From positions 45,446,001 to 45,510,000 of the forward strand of contig NC_059429.1 of assembly GCF_021028975.2 (NCBI RefSeq): a DNA stretch of 64,000 bases, in the 5' to 3' direction. Source of the stretch: Sphaerodactylus townsendi. Lineage: Eukaryota. This document shows, one piece after another, positions 13,190 through 25,800 of this stretch. The notes beneath the pieces are model-generated. The model was not told the origin of the DNA and made no database searches. It was given only the letters and a program-made list of their open reading frames with translations. A program made the translations under genes and the position numbers. The first letter of the stretch is position 1. The number at the start of each line of letters is the position of its first letter.

Positions 13190-13296
13190 ATGAGATTATT
13201 CAAGATTACCCAGTAAGCATCTGTAACAGAGTTGGAATTTGAACCTGGCTTTCCAAGATTGTAGTATGACACTCTACCCACTATGCTACACTGACT
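13190..13296 (-). mobile_element. Ther1/MIR-like SINE head fragment
   Basis: Reverse-complement tRNA-like head (GGAATTTGAACCTGG...CCACTATGCTACACTG on the + strand). Confidence 0.65.
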
Positions 13297-14071
13297 TAAG
13301 TCTTCTGTTGGGATCATAAAATTTGCATTGTGCAGTTTAAGAGTTCATGGATGTTTCTGTAGAAGTGTGTGTGTTTTTGTTTGAAAGTTTATATGGAAAC
13401 CCACCAGTGAACATGCATGGAAACCAGATACATTTTCAAAAGATAAGAAGCCAAGGAAGCAATTGATGCTCCCTAGCAATATCCTTGGATGATCAATTTC
13501 CTCCAGCATTTGAGCTGAAGGTATAATACAGAGACAAATGAAATAATAATGTAGAATATCACAGGCTGCATGAAAAGTTGGGCATCTATATCTTCTGCCT
13601 GGCGAATGTGGAAGAAGTCTATATTACAAAAATTCCTGCTGAGCAACAAACACACATCTGTAATGGTTTGTTTTCTGCACAAGAAAAATTGCCATTGTCA
13701 TATTCCAAACTGTGTTTAAATTGTTTTATTATAAACTCTCTGTTGGTCTCTGCTTAACTGGGAAATCATTCACTCTAAATTTATCTTCTCTCTGCATGGC
13801 ATTGACAACTTATAGCATTGTCAGTTCTATCTCTCTTACAAAGAAGATTCCCCCTAGAGAAGAGATGATACTCAACTGATTTAGCAATCACCAAAGCATC
13901 TCTGGCAATGGCTCTGCACATTAAGTCTTCTGTATAATTTTGATGCTTCATTTAAGATGAGTTTATTTGAGGCTTTGCATTTATTAAGAAGCACAAATCT
14001 CTACAAACTAAAGCTCTACCTTGCCAAATTTTGAAAATAAGGGAAAAGGTACAATCTAAGTTAGTTTGATC

Positions 14072-14262
14072 AGGGATGTTGTCATGGCTCAGTGGTAGAG
14101 CATCTGCTTCAATAAGTGGCATCTCTAGTTAAAAGGATCAGATGTAAATGATGTGAAATATCTCTGTCTGAGACCCTGGGTAGCTGCAGCTGGTCTCAGT
14201 AGACAGTAATGACCCTGATAGATCAGTGGCCTGATTCTGTATAAGGTTGCTTTGAGTGTTCA
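14072..14262 (+). mobile_element. tRNA-derived squamate SINE with CR1-like 3' end
   Basis: TGGCTCAGTGGTAGAGCATCTGCTT A-box head, then ATCTCTAGTTAAAAGGATCAG...GAGACCCTGG...GTAGACAG...GGCCTGATTCTGTATAAGG. Confidence 0.7.
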
Positions 14263-16380
14263 TAGAGCAAGGGCAGGATAGAAATATGATAGGCACTGGA
14301 AGATGGTATGCACCTTTCCTCATATGTGCCAATGTAGCTTTTGAGATATGCTGCATGCATGCATGGGTTGTTGGGATGAAACTAGATCCAGTTGGTTGTG
14401 TCTTGTTTGTATCACTATTGGTCAGAATGTAGTTGGGCTTTATCAGTTATGGAATTGACTACCAAAGGACACTATCTGCAGAGTTCTGGAGCAATAACTT
14501 CTCTTTTTTCCAGAAGGACTTCAAATAGAGATTATGATTTTTATATTTTCTGGGTTTAAAGCTCGTTGTTCCTGAGTAATAAATTATCAGTAATTAAACA
14601 TATACATATTCTAGTTATTTATGAGTTTTGGATAGTTGCTTTATTGTTAATGTTTTTGTATATAAAGATTGTTTTCCATATAATTCATTATAGAAAACTA
14701 ATACATCAAACCGGCTTGAGCCTTACCAATCACTTTTCCTTTGGCACAGCCTTGACAGGAAACAAAACTGGGCTTAAGGGTTATGTGAATAGTTTCTTAG
14801 TTGGTTATGAATTAAAATTAAAATGACTAGGAAATAGCAGATAACAGCATGTGGTCCTGGTATCCACAGAGGGATTATTTCCCAATGTGAAGTTACTTTA
14901 GAAACCTTTACATGATAGTCATTTATATCAGACATATGAAAATGAGATATTTATAATGGGCCAGGCATCCATATGCCATCCACAGTAAAGCAAAAAAAGT
15001 TTTTAGAAAAAGTCTCTTTCCCATATGGCTACTCACCAAACATCTCATTGGGGGATGCAAAGAGAAAAATATGTAATGATGATCTGAAGATACAGGTTGG
15101 TGCATCCAGGAATTATGCAGGTGTTAAAACACACTTTGCCCAGAGACTTAAACCAGAATTGAAATGGGGCCTGGAGTACAATGTAAGCCAAATAAATAGA
15201 TGTCCTCTTGGCATACAATGATCCAGTGCTGGTGCCAGTCTTTTTTTTTTTGGTAATTTTTAATACAAATAACATGCAGTGCAGCGTCATCATTCTGGGT
15301 GACTTCCCTGCTCCCCTCCCAATCATGTGAGGTAGGGCCTTCATTCCTTTCCCTAGTATGAGACTGAGCTCTGCCTGCTACATCATCTTTATTTTTAATA
15401 AGTTACACCATGGGAGACGCAAATTGCTTGACTTGGGGAGGCTCAGTATAGCAGTCTGAAAATCCCTCACATACAGCTTCTGTATCTTTGAACATAGCTA
15501 CTCGTTAATGTTCATCTACTGTTATTGTGCTGCAATATGTACAATTTCATAATTTCCTACATATCTATGAAGAGTTTTGATTTTCCTTTCAATTGGTAGT
15601 GCATGGAGATCAGAGCTTAGCCAAAATTTATAAAGCAAAGGATCATTGCTGGTATGTACACAGGTTTGCTTCTCCAGCCTTTGGCTTATGAAGACCTAGT
15701 TGAGAAATTGCATTCAGTGTTTTCCTGTGATTGAGCCTGCATGCAGCTTCCTGAGAACTGGCAGCCAAAAGGTCTCAGCCAGTCCAGCTGTGGCTAATTT
15801 AAGAAGTCACAGGTGCAGCAATAACCAGCCAGCAGGAGCTGAGGCAATGTGGATATCCTTCTAAATAAAAGCCCCACAGCTATTCCTGTGGTTCTCATCA
15901 GGATAGAGGATGGCTGGTTGGGGCAGCTATCCAACCAAAGCATCAGGTGTTGAAGCCAGAGTCCGGCAGTACTGTGGTGTTTGGGCAATCTGAATGCATT
16001 TTAATGACTTACATTGGGCATTCAAGCTGCTTATATCTACTTGGTCTTACTGAAAACACAAGATTCTGGATGAATAAATAATGTAATATAATTGAATGAT
16101 GACCACACTTCATCCCAGGAGTGTCAGACTGGCAGGCACAGACCTTGAAACTCCTTCCCTACTCTCTCCATCACTACAACAGCTGATCAGAAAAGAGAAC
16201 TGCATTTTTCCCAGTCAGCCTGAAACTTCATGAAGACACTAGTGAATACTTTCATGAGTCAAGAAATCATGAGATCTAAATCACCTGCAGGTCACCTGCA
16301 TTCTACATAGTGTCCTGGATGTTGCTACGTTCTCAATATAGGCATTTTGTGACAACTTAAAAAGCAGCTATTTTCAAACT

Positions 16381-16861
16381 GGCCCTTTCTGCATGGGCCA
16401 AAAACAGCGCCCTAGGGATGGCAAAAACGCCGTCCCCAGGGAGCTGTTTGCATGGAAGGCGCTGCTGCATCACAGCAGTGCCGCACTCGCTCCCCCCCCA
16501 GTGGGGGGGAGCCGTTGTTTCCCAACCTCGCTACCTGAACAGCAGTGGCTGGAAGGCGCCATCCCCCCCTTTCCCGAACACCTTACCTTCCCTCCGACCT
16601 TCTGGCATGTCATCCAGGCCTGGGGACATGCCCCCCCCCCCGCTCTGCGACTCCAGAGCTGTTGTGCAGGGCAGGGGGGCGTGTCCCCTGGCCTGGGCGA
16701 CGTGGCGGAAGGTCAGAGGGAAGGTAAGGCATTCGGGCAATGGCGCAGCACTGCACCATCTTCCCAGCCCCTACCGGGACCGTTTTGTGCGAACGGTCCC
16801 GGGGGGGCATCGGCGTCGTATATGCCGACGCACCCCCGAGCGTGGCCATGCAGAAATGGCC
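16381..16861. mobile_element. GC/CpG-rich non-autonomous PIF/Harbinger-like DNA transposon (MITE)
   Basis: Terminal inverted repeats GGCCCTTTCTGCATGG / CCATGCAGAAATGGCC (1 mismatch); internal inverted CCTTACCTTCCCTC / GAGGGAAGGTAAGG; followed by TTA. Confidence 0.75.
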
Positions 16862-17849
16862 TTAGTTAAGGGGAATGTTGGGGTTCTGCAGAAGCCTTTC
16901 CTAAATGACAAGATCCAAGATCCAATTCTTCCTCTGAGGATATGGATTAGTGCCCTATATGAAATGCAACAAGACATACAGGGGGTCCTCAAGAGGAAAG
17001 TCTCTGTGAAAAAGTAGATGAGAAAAGGTAGATGATTTTAAAATCACAGACTGTAAAACCACTCTGCAGTCATGCACCAACTCCTCAACTCCACAATTAG
17101 GATTAGATCTAACATGGGTTCATACATGAGCTGCTGTAAACCCAGAAATACTACAAGTGGAGCATCCTTGGCTACTTCTGTAGTAATTATCTCAGATTTC
17201 CACATTTCAAATGGAATAGGTGCATAGTTATATTTCTCCAAATTACGACTACTTCACAGTCATTTCTGGTTGTAATCTGCAAAAACCATATATAGGCTCA
17301 AATGGAAATCTAGCTCTGAAAGGTCAATTTTTTCTTTCTCCACTAAAATCTTTAATTTTAAACCTTGTGCACCTATTGTTGTAACACTCTATGCACTTGC
17401 TTCACAGTGTTGGAAAGACTATCTCCTTCAAGGTTAAGATGAGATTAAGTTGTAACTTACTCAAGATGAGACAGGGATAAATCAATTGAATTAAACAGGG
17501 CAATAGGACCCATCTGTTTGCCAAAAGGTGGTATCTGATTCTGATAATGTATATCAGCTGACAGATGTCTTGTTGAGCTTTGTTCTTTGCCATTATGGCT
17601 TCAAAAGGTGCCTGCAATGAAGTGGAGATGACTATCTAAGAAGCCTAAAGGGGCTAGCTTAATGTGATTGTATGCCAGAGTCTAGAAGCATTTCAAAGAC
17701 AGCTATGGCAGAAGCAAAGAGTTCAAGGACATCCTCTAGTTGATTGAATAGCAACTGAATATATTTGTGCTGATTATACTCAAAAATTAAAACATAATAA
17801 ATGATAACATGGAAATCTGTGAAACATTTTCACTCATTTTATTACATTT

Positions 17850-19598
17850 ATGACCAGGATTATCAGAAAAAAGAAAATGTCTTTTAGAAAATGGAAGTCC
17901 AGTTTGGCTGATGAAGAATATGAGAGGGAACACAAATGGTGGCAAAAGAGAAGCAAGTTAGCTGTAAGGGAGGCAAAAAAGGATTATGAGGAACGCATGG
18001 CCTTGAACATCAAGACCAACAACAAACAGTTCTTCAAGAACATCAAAAGCAGGAAGCCAGCTAGGGAAGCGGTAGGCCCGTTAGATGACAAAGGAACAAA
18101 GGGTGTGCTAAAAGATGGCAGGGAGATTGCAGAGAAGCTGAATGAATTCTTTGCATCTGTCTTCACTCAAGAGGAGGTGAGGAACATTCCTGCACCTGAA
18201 CCAAGCTTCTTAGGAGGCAAATCCGAGGAACTAGCAAAGATAGTGGTAGACAAGGAAGAAGTTCTGGCAGCCATTGATAAACTAAATGTTACCAAATCCC
18301 CTGGCCCAGATTGCATTCACCCAAGAGTTCTTAAAGAGCTCAAGCATGAAATTGCTGATCTTCTCACTTTAATATGCAACTTATCCCTGAAATCAGGCTC
18401 CATCCCTGAAGACTGGAAGATGGCCAATGTCACACCAATCTTTAATAAAGGATCTAGGGGGGACCCGGGAAATTACAGGCCAGTCAGTTTGACATCTGTT
18501 CCTGGTAAATTAGTAGAATCTATCATTAAAGATAAAATTATAAAACATGTAGAAAAGCAAGACCTGCTGAGAAAGAGTCAGCATGGCTTTTGCAGAGGCA
18601 AATCCTGTCTTACAAACTTACTAGAGTTCTTTGAGGGTGTAAATAGGCATGTGGACAGGGGTGAACCGGTGGACATTGTCTACTTGGATTTCCAAAAGGC
18701 TTTTGACAAAGTTCCTCACCAGAGACTGTTGAGAAAACTCAGCAATGAAGGAATAAGAGGGGAAGTCCTCCTATGGATTAAAAACTGGTTGAGAAACAGG
18801 AAACAAAGAGTGGGTGTAAATGGGAAGTTCTCACAATGGAGAGATGTAGGGAGTGGTGTCCCCCAAGGATCCGTTTTGGGACCAGTGCTCTTTAACTTAT
18901 TCAAATACAAATACAAATACAAGACCTTTAATGGCATATAAAGAGTGGTAAAATACAAATTATGTTAAAACCAATTGACTAAAATTTACACAAAGGTTTC
19001 ACTCTTGATCTTTAACCTATTCATAAATGACCTGGAAGTAGGGGTGGGTAGAGTGGTGGCCAAGTTTGCAGATGATACCAAATTATGTAGGGTGGTGAGA
19101 ACCACAAAGGATTGCGAAGAGCTCAAAGCAGACCTTGATAAATTAGGTGAGTGGGCTCAGAAATGGCAAATGCAGTTCAATGTAGCAAAATGTAAAGTGA
19201 TGCACATAGGGGCAAAAAATCCAAACTTCACATACACGCTACAGGGGTCAGTGCTATCAGTCACAGACCAGGAAAGGGATTTGGGCGTCTTAGTTGATAG
19301 TTCCATGGGAATGTCAACTCAATGCATGGCAGCTGTAAAAAAGGCAAACTCTATGCTGGGGATCATTAGAAAAGGAATTGAGAATAAAACTGCAAAGATT
19401 GTCATGCCCTTATATAAAGCAGTGGTGCGACCGCACTTGGAGTACTGTGTCCAGTTCTGGTCGCATCTCAAAAAGGATATTGAGGAGATAGAAAAAGTGC
19501 AGAGAAGGGCAACAAGGATGATTGAGGGACTGGAGCACCTCCCTATGAGGAGAGGCTGCAGCGTTTGGGACTCTTTAGTTTGGAGAGGAGGCGGCTGA
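17850..19598 (+). pseudogene. CR1 ORF2 reverse transcriptase, disrupted (ORF pieces 17850-18941 and 18975-19598)
   Basis: RT motifs split by the 18904-19008 insertion, with a frameshift near 19545. Confidence 0.9.
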
Positions 19599-20078
19599 GG
19601 GGGGATATGATTGAAGTCTACAAAATTATGCATGGGGTAGAAAATGTTGACAGAGAGAAATTTTTCTCTCTTTCTCACAATACTAGAACCAGGGGCATTC
19701 ATTGAAAATGCTGGGGGGAAGAATTAGGACTAATAAAAGGAAACACTTCTTCACGCAACGTGTGATTGGTGTTTGGAATATGCTGCCACAGGAGGTGGTG
19801 ATGGCCACTAACCTGGATAGCTTTAAAAGGAGCTTGGACAGATTTATGGAGGAGAAGTCGATTTATGGCTACCAATCTTGATCCTCCTTGATCTGAGATT
19901 GCAAATGCCTTAACAGACCAGGTGATCGGGAGCAACAGCCGCAGAAGGCCATTGCGTTCACATCCTACATGTGAGCTCCCAAAGGCACCTGGTGGGCCAC
20001 TGCGAGTAGCAGAGAGCTGGACTAGATGGACTTTGGTCTGATCCAGCTGGCTTGTTCTTATGTTCTTATGTTCTTATG
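17857..20078 (+). mobile_element. Young 5'-truncated CR1 LINE (ORF2 RT region plus 3' UTR), interrupted by a short insertion
   Basis: KSPGPDCIHPRVLKEL, NYRPVSLTS, YLDFQKAFDKVPH, GVPQGSVLGP, FADD, RPHLEYCVQFWS; (ATGTTCTT)n tail 20053-20078; possible TTATGA target duplication (17848-17853 / 20074-20079). Confidence 0.95.
18904..19008 (-). mobile_element. 105-bp 3'-terminal fragment of an RTEX-like LINE inserted in CR1
   Basis: Flanked by TCTTTAACTTATTCA (18889-18903) and TCTTTAACCTATTCA (19009-19023); minus strand ends GCCATTAAAGGTCTTG(TATTTG)n, like the CCAATAAAGGCTT end of the 2003-4858 element. Confidence 0.75.
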
Positions 20079-20422
20079 ATTTCTTCCACCACAGAATTCA
20101 TATATAGCGCTTCCAGGAGGTCTCCTATCCAGGTCCTGTAAGTTAGGTTGTTGCATCTTCAGACCTGAATCCATGGATACTTTATGGGGTGTATATAGAC
20201 TCTTGCAGAGTCACATTAGTAATGCATGCAGGAGAGGCTTCAAAAGCCATCAATTGCAGGACTCCTTTCTCTTCACTGATTTATGTGGACATGCAAAAGT
20301 ACTTTTGTCAACAGTTGTTTACATTAAGTGCCATCAGTTTGCATATATCAGTCAGTACATACAATCATTTTAGCATGTGGAAAACTTGGGCAAGTCTTCT
20401 CACTTCTTAAATGTGTGCTAAC

Positions 20423-22651
20423 TAGGCTTACTAATTCAGTAAAGCCAAATCAGGGGGGAAAAAACCCCAAAAGTCCAATTTGGCTTTTTTTTGGCTTTAA
20501 TTTGATCACGAATACAAGCCACGACAAAACTTCCCAGCCGAATACTTAGAAAACCCAATAAGCTGAATCACTATTTTGCTTATCGTGTTTCGGCCATTTT
20601 AAGTTTAAAGGGACTCTTCCACAGCAGCTAGCTGCCTGGGGTCCCTTTCAGCCAGCTTGAAAAAATGTGTTTTTTTCCCAAACCAGAGAATCCTCCCCTG
20701 GAGAATCCCCCTCCACCTTACTGTTACTTGGTGTCTGTTGGGATTTCTGTTGGGATCTGGGGGGTTGCTTTAAACCAAGCAATGTGGCTGAAACTGACTG
20801 CAGTCTTCTTCTCTCTTTCCCTAGCACCTATTGCACTTTGCATGCCCTGTGTGTTGGGAGAACTTCTCTCCCTGCCAATGATTGCCATGCATTTCTGCAG
20901 AGAGCTAGCTATACCCTTTTCAACAGAAATAACTAAGCAGAATTGTAATGTTTAAGTAGGAACTAGAACCCATGTGGAGCATTCTAAAACAAAAACAATC
21001 CAGCATGTCACAGATGACTTTAAAATTCTACTTAGTTCTTTCTGTGGAAAAGTGTATAGCTAGCTCTCTGCAGAAATGCATGGCAGTCAGTCTGCACCTT
21101 TAGTGACAGGAGCCGGGAGAAAACTGACCGTGGCCAATGAAATGTGAATTTTTAGAGCAGCTCCTTCCAGGTTCACTTGGAATTTGGGGCAGCTTTTAGT
21201 ACTATTACAGTAGGACTTAGACTAAACTTTAGCTACTTTCCCCTGTTCCATCTTTTTTATTATTTATCAAATTCAGGTTTGGAAAACTTTCACATTTGAA
21301 AAAAATATCTGGTGGGGGGATTCCTAAAAAATTGTCAGGGTTTGCTAGGTTTCTTTCTCCCTGGTTTCTTCAGAGCCCAGCAGGTCTTCTGAAGGGACGC
21401 AGGAGGGTAGGGCAGAGTTGGAGAAGGAGGAATAGATGGAAGGGCACCTTGAGGTGCTACCATCTCAACCCACTTTCCTTGGGTGTGGCAATGCTATAGG
21501 CACACAAGTGGAGGAAAACTTGCTATCCACAGAATTGGGCCTCTACCCACCCAAATGTCAGCAAAGTTGGTTGGTTCCTGTAAGGAGAGTCACCAGCAGC
21601 TCTGTGGCCTATTTGGTGCCCCTACCCAGAGCAAGACCCTCACCAGAGCCCCCAATAACATCTCCAGCACAGTGTAACTGATGCAGAACAGAAAGCCCCA
21701 TATAATTCTATGGTGGGAAAAGAGTAATATTTTTTTCCCTACACATTCAAGACTATGGCGAAATTTTTCCCACCATAGATAGGTACTGAAACCTACCAGG
21801 TTCTTTGATCTTGACTTAGCCAATGGGGAATTTCTGGGGGTGTCTGCAGAAGGTGCATTTTAAAGGTAGAGGCATTCAACTTTCAGGGTGGCTTTTGGAA
21901 ATTCTCCTGATGAGAGCATCCAATTTTGGTGAAATTTGCTTCAGAGGCAATAGGGGATGGGGTCTACCACTTTAGGGGCTCATAAAATTGGACCCCCTGA
22001 TTACACCAAACTGGGATGATTTTGTCAGAAGGGTCTCCTGAAGCCACCCTGAAAGTTTGGTGCCTCTATGTTGAAAACTGTTCCCTGAATACACTACCAG
22101 AAATTCCCCATTGGCTGGTTCCCCGGTGGAACCAGGTCAGTTTAATAGAAGAATTTGGGGAATTTCTGGGGTTGTCTGTAGGGGGTGCATTCTTTAAGAT
22201 AGAGGCACAAAACTTTCAGAGTCACTTTAGGAGACCCTGTTATCAGGAGATCTGATAACAGCACCCCGATTTGGTGAAGTTTGGTTCAGGGGGACCAGTG
22301 CTACGGGCCATCAAAAGGGGTAGCCCCCATCTCCCATTAAAAACCCTTGGAAACAATGGGAAATGGGGGCACCCCCCACTTTGGGGGCCCATAAAATTGG
22401 ACCCCTGAACCAAACTTCACCAAAATTGGATGGTCTGATCAGAAGAGTCTTACAAAACCACCCTACAAGTTTGGTGTCACTACCTTAAAAATGTGCCCCC
22501 TACAGGCAGAAAACAAAAAATGCAAAAAAATCCACATAGGCTTAAACAGATCTGAATATTTTCAGGTTTCCCGCATCAGATATTTGGGGTTTTTGGGGTT
22601 TCCTGACAACTCCAAATCTGAATTTTGCAATTTGTGTGTGTGTGAAGTCTA
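20423..22651. mobile_element. About 2.2-kb non-autonomous hAT-type DNA transposon with internal palindromes
   Basis: Termini TAGGCTT... / ...AAGTCTA; 8-bp TSD GTGCTAAC (20415-20422) / CTGCTAAC (22652-22659); no transposase ORF. Confidence 0.7.
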
Positions 22652-22811
22652 CTGCTAACATGACAATGTGATCAAATGTAGTTCACTTAGGAGCATTCTG
22701 TAGTTGATGCTTTTTTTCCTCCTAAGTCTTGCTGTGTACTCTTGCTATGAGTGAAGATGTCGGTTCTGAGAAACACTACAGCTCAAAAGGTTTACTTCCC
22801 TACTTTGTATC

Positions 22812-22853
22812 ACTAGCCATGAATTACTAGCCATGAATCACTAGCCATGAATT
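22812..22853 (+). repeat. Tandem repeat (ACTAGCCATGAATY) x3
   Basis: Three 14-bp units visible directly. Confidence 0.9.
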
Positions 22854-25800
22854 ACATGCATTAATATAGCCAGTGTGGTATAGTAGTTAGAGGATCCACA
22901 GGCCAGGAGTCTTGGTGGGTGGGTGGAGGCTGGCAGGCCTTGGAACAGTGTTGCCAAGGTGCCGTTGCTCCAGGGCAGGGATGGAATGCCCTCTGCCAAT
23001 GGGTGAGTCCTGCTCCCTAATTAGTGAGACCTGCTTCCTAATTGGTGGAGGGTTCGTCATTGGACATGCCATCCCTTAGCGCTTTTCCTCAAATGAGACT
23101 ATTGCCTAAATAAAAATAGATGAAACACGGCTCCTCATTTATGGCTTCAAAAAGCAGTCCAGCCCTAAGACTCTATTCTGGTGCACCACTGGCTCCAGTG
23201 CACTGTATCCTGTGCTTATTCAGCAGAGTGAAAAATGAACAAAAGACCTCATGTCATTATACATGCAGCATTGCAATTGCACCAGAGTGCATAGTAATTC
23301 TGCTGCAAACTACCAATCATAGTGTGGTGTGCCAGAAACACCCCTATGAAAGGCAGAGATAGATGCAGCTAACTGACCCATACAGGTGTGGCTTTGCCTC
23401 CTGATACCAGCCTTCTGCCACCCACATTGGGAATGGGAAGAGAATCCCAGGGCATCAACAAGACAATTCAGAACCATGCCAATCTCTTCACTGTCCTTGT
23501 TCTCTGTGTCTCCATCTGTAGGGGTTAGGCACATAGTAACAGCAAATAGAACTTTTTCAGCGGTGACACCTTACTTATGACATAGCCTTCCTTTGGAGAA
23601 TCCCCTGGTGGCTTCCTGATGCCTTTTTTATGCTTCTGAGTTTCCTTGGCTTGTTTAAACAGGTTAATTGCTATGATTTTGTGGTTTGAAGATTTTACCA
23701 CATTTTTATTTTGTGAGCCAACTTGAACAGATCTCTGAAAAGGAGACATGTAAATATTTTAAATAAATAAATGCATAATGCTCTGGCATCACTTAAAACA
23801 AGCTAAGTGCCACAGAATGGGTTTCATGTTAGGAAGACCCTTGGCAAGATATGGTGGGCCTGCCACAAGCCTATTAGATGTGTCATCACAGGTGGCAATT
23901 CCTTCCCTTCTCTTCTTCTTCCTCACTGCACAAAGGATAACGATAATGAGCACTGCTGAGTGGTTGTGCAGCTGTGGCTGTTGCCACAAGAGCAACAGCC
24001 ACTTGTTCACATGCTCATCTTCCACTGGGCGCTTCCACTGGGCACTGCCAACGCTGCTTCTTGCAGCAACTGGCACTCACAAATAAATTAATCATACCAA
24101 AGGGGAAGAAAGAGAAGATTCACAGCAGTGCTTCTACTGTGGCTAGGAAGAGAGTGCAGTTCCTTTGGAGGGCAATGTAATCCTACCACTACTCCATCTG
24201 CTGTTGCTGAACCAAAGAAAAGGGCAGACAGGTGGCTGCTTGAAGTCGACATTGCCATCCTGTTCCTTGTCCACCAGGCCAGCAAGGAGCAATTGCATTT
24301 AGGAGTTGTCAGAACGTGCTTGGTTTCCTGCCCTCTATGTAATGGCTATTCTTAGCCATAACTGTTGCTCACAAGGACAGATTGCCAGGGGAATAGAGGG
24401 AGCTTGAGGAGCCACCAGTGCGTCTCATTAAGGGACAGAGATGTATGGGGAAGAAGGTCTAATCCTTTATGTTCAGCATAGCTGAGTTCAGTGGTGGGCC
24501 AGAAGACAGCAATAAGCCCTCCCAGGGTTCTGGGGCTTCAGCAGCTCTGATATCACACAGCCATGATGTCAACCCTGAAGTGCCTGCATGGGAGACGGCC
24601 TCACAGCCCCTATGGAAGCTTCTAAGGGCTTTCTAAGGAACAATGAAATCTAAGAGTAATTTGCAGCTTCGCAGTAGCATATAATGGGATGGCGGCAAGC
24701 CTGTGCATATTTATTTGAAGATTGAGACTTACTTCTGAGGAACTATGGATTGGGCTATGTTTTTACAGCTGAGGAGTATGTTGATATTAAGCCTCTTTCC
24801 TGCTACTTATGTTAGCATCTGCCATAGGATGAGAAAGTAATCAACAGATATTTGTGAAGAGAATGACCACTTTGGCCAAAAAATATTTCCACAAAAGAGT
24901 TTTGAGCCGGAGTGTCTTTGAACTGCCCTAGTGTAGGCAGACCTGCCCTGCTTTCTTCAATCTCCTCATGCCAGTGATTTCATTTTTTAAAAAAAGAACT
25001 GAAGAAAGGAAGAAGAAAAGAAAGCAAGAGAAAAATAATTTTAAAGTTAATTGGAAAAGTCTGCCACTTTCCAGTAGAGGGCAATAACATATACATTTGT
25101 CTCAAATGCTGAGTTAGATGCTACAGGCAGCATGGATGTTAAAACAGTTAGTTTATGTATTAGAACTTCTGCACAACAGCCAATAACTCACTATTCCAAA
25201 CTCTTAAACCAGAGAACACAAGAACCAATTATGTTATGATGCTGGTAGGCACTTATTTACTTTTTAAAATAACTCTTACATTTCAAATTGTACAGCAGGT
25301 GGCCTGTAAGAATAGAAAAGTGTAATGATTCAAATGATCCTTCAGCTTTTTGTTTAAAAGCACATGGATTCTTTTTGACTGATATTACATTATTATTACA
25401 CATTGTGCATGTAAATGTACAATGATCAAACTTTTTAAAAAACTAGTGTACGATCCTGTATCAAGGCATAGATCAGTTCATGCTGACATGTTCCAATTTT
25501 TATTATTCATTTATTAAAACATTTATATTCCACTTCTCTTCATGGCTCAAGGTAAGCAATATTAGTTGTCTTCCAAGGACGCTTCTTGGGTTGCTTGCAC
25601 TCAGGGAGGAATACCTTTGTTGAGAACAGGAGTTGTTTAGCAATAGAAATCAGAGACTTACTAAAACTCATGAGAGAGAGAGAAAGTTAATGAACTGTTA
25701 AAAGAAAAATTCTTAACAGTTTAAATGTAAAACTTTAGGAAGACTGAATATTCAAAAGCATAGAATTCTGCATTCTAAAGTCTGACAAAGTGTTCCTGAG

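Noticed and set aside
16393-17017. Overlapping 158-aa and 199-aa ORFs (likewise 26697-27285, 45167-45541, 57366-57735)
   Set aside because: They lie in GC-rich MITEs where stop codons are rare; no transposase or other motifs.
22890-23090. Possible Helitron-like fragment after a SINE head
   Set aside because: No diagnostic TC start or hairpin-CTAG end visible; cannot be supported.
24235-24290. Minus-strand peptide VDKEQDGNVDFKQ resembling an EF-hand loop
   Set aside because: Short, bounded by stops, no supporting helices or splice context; likely chance.
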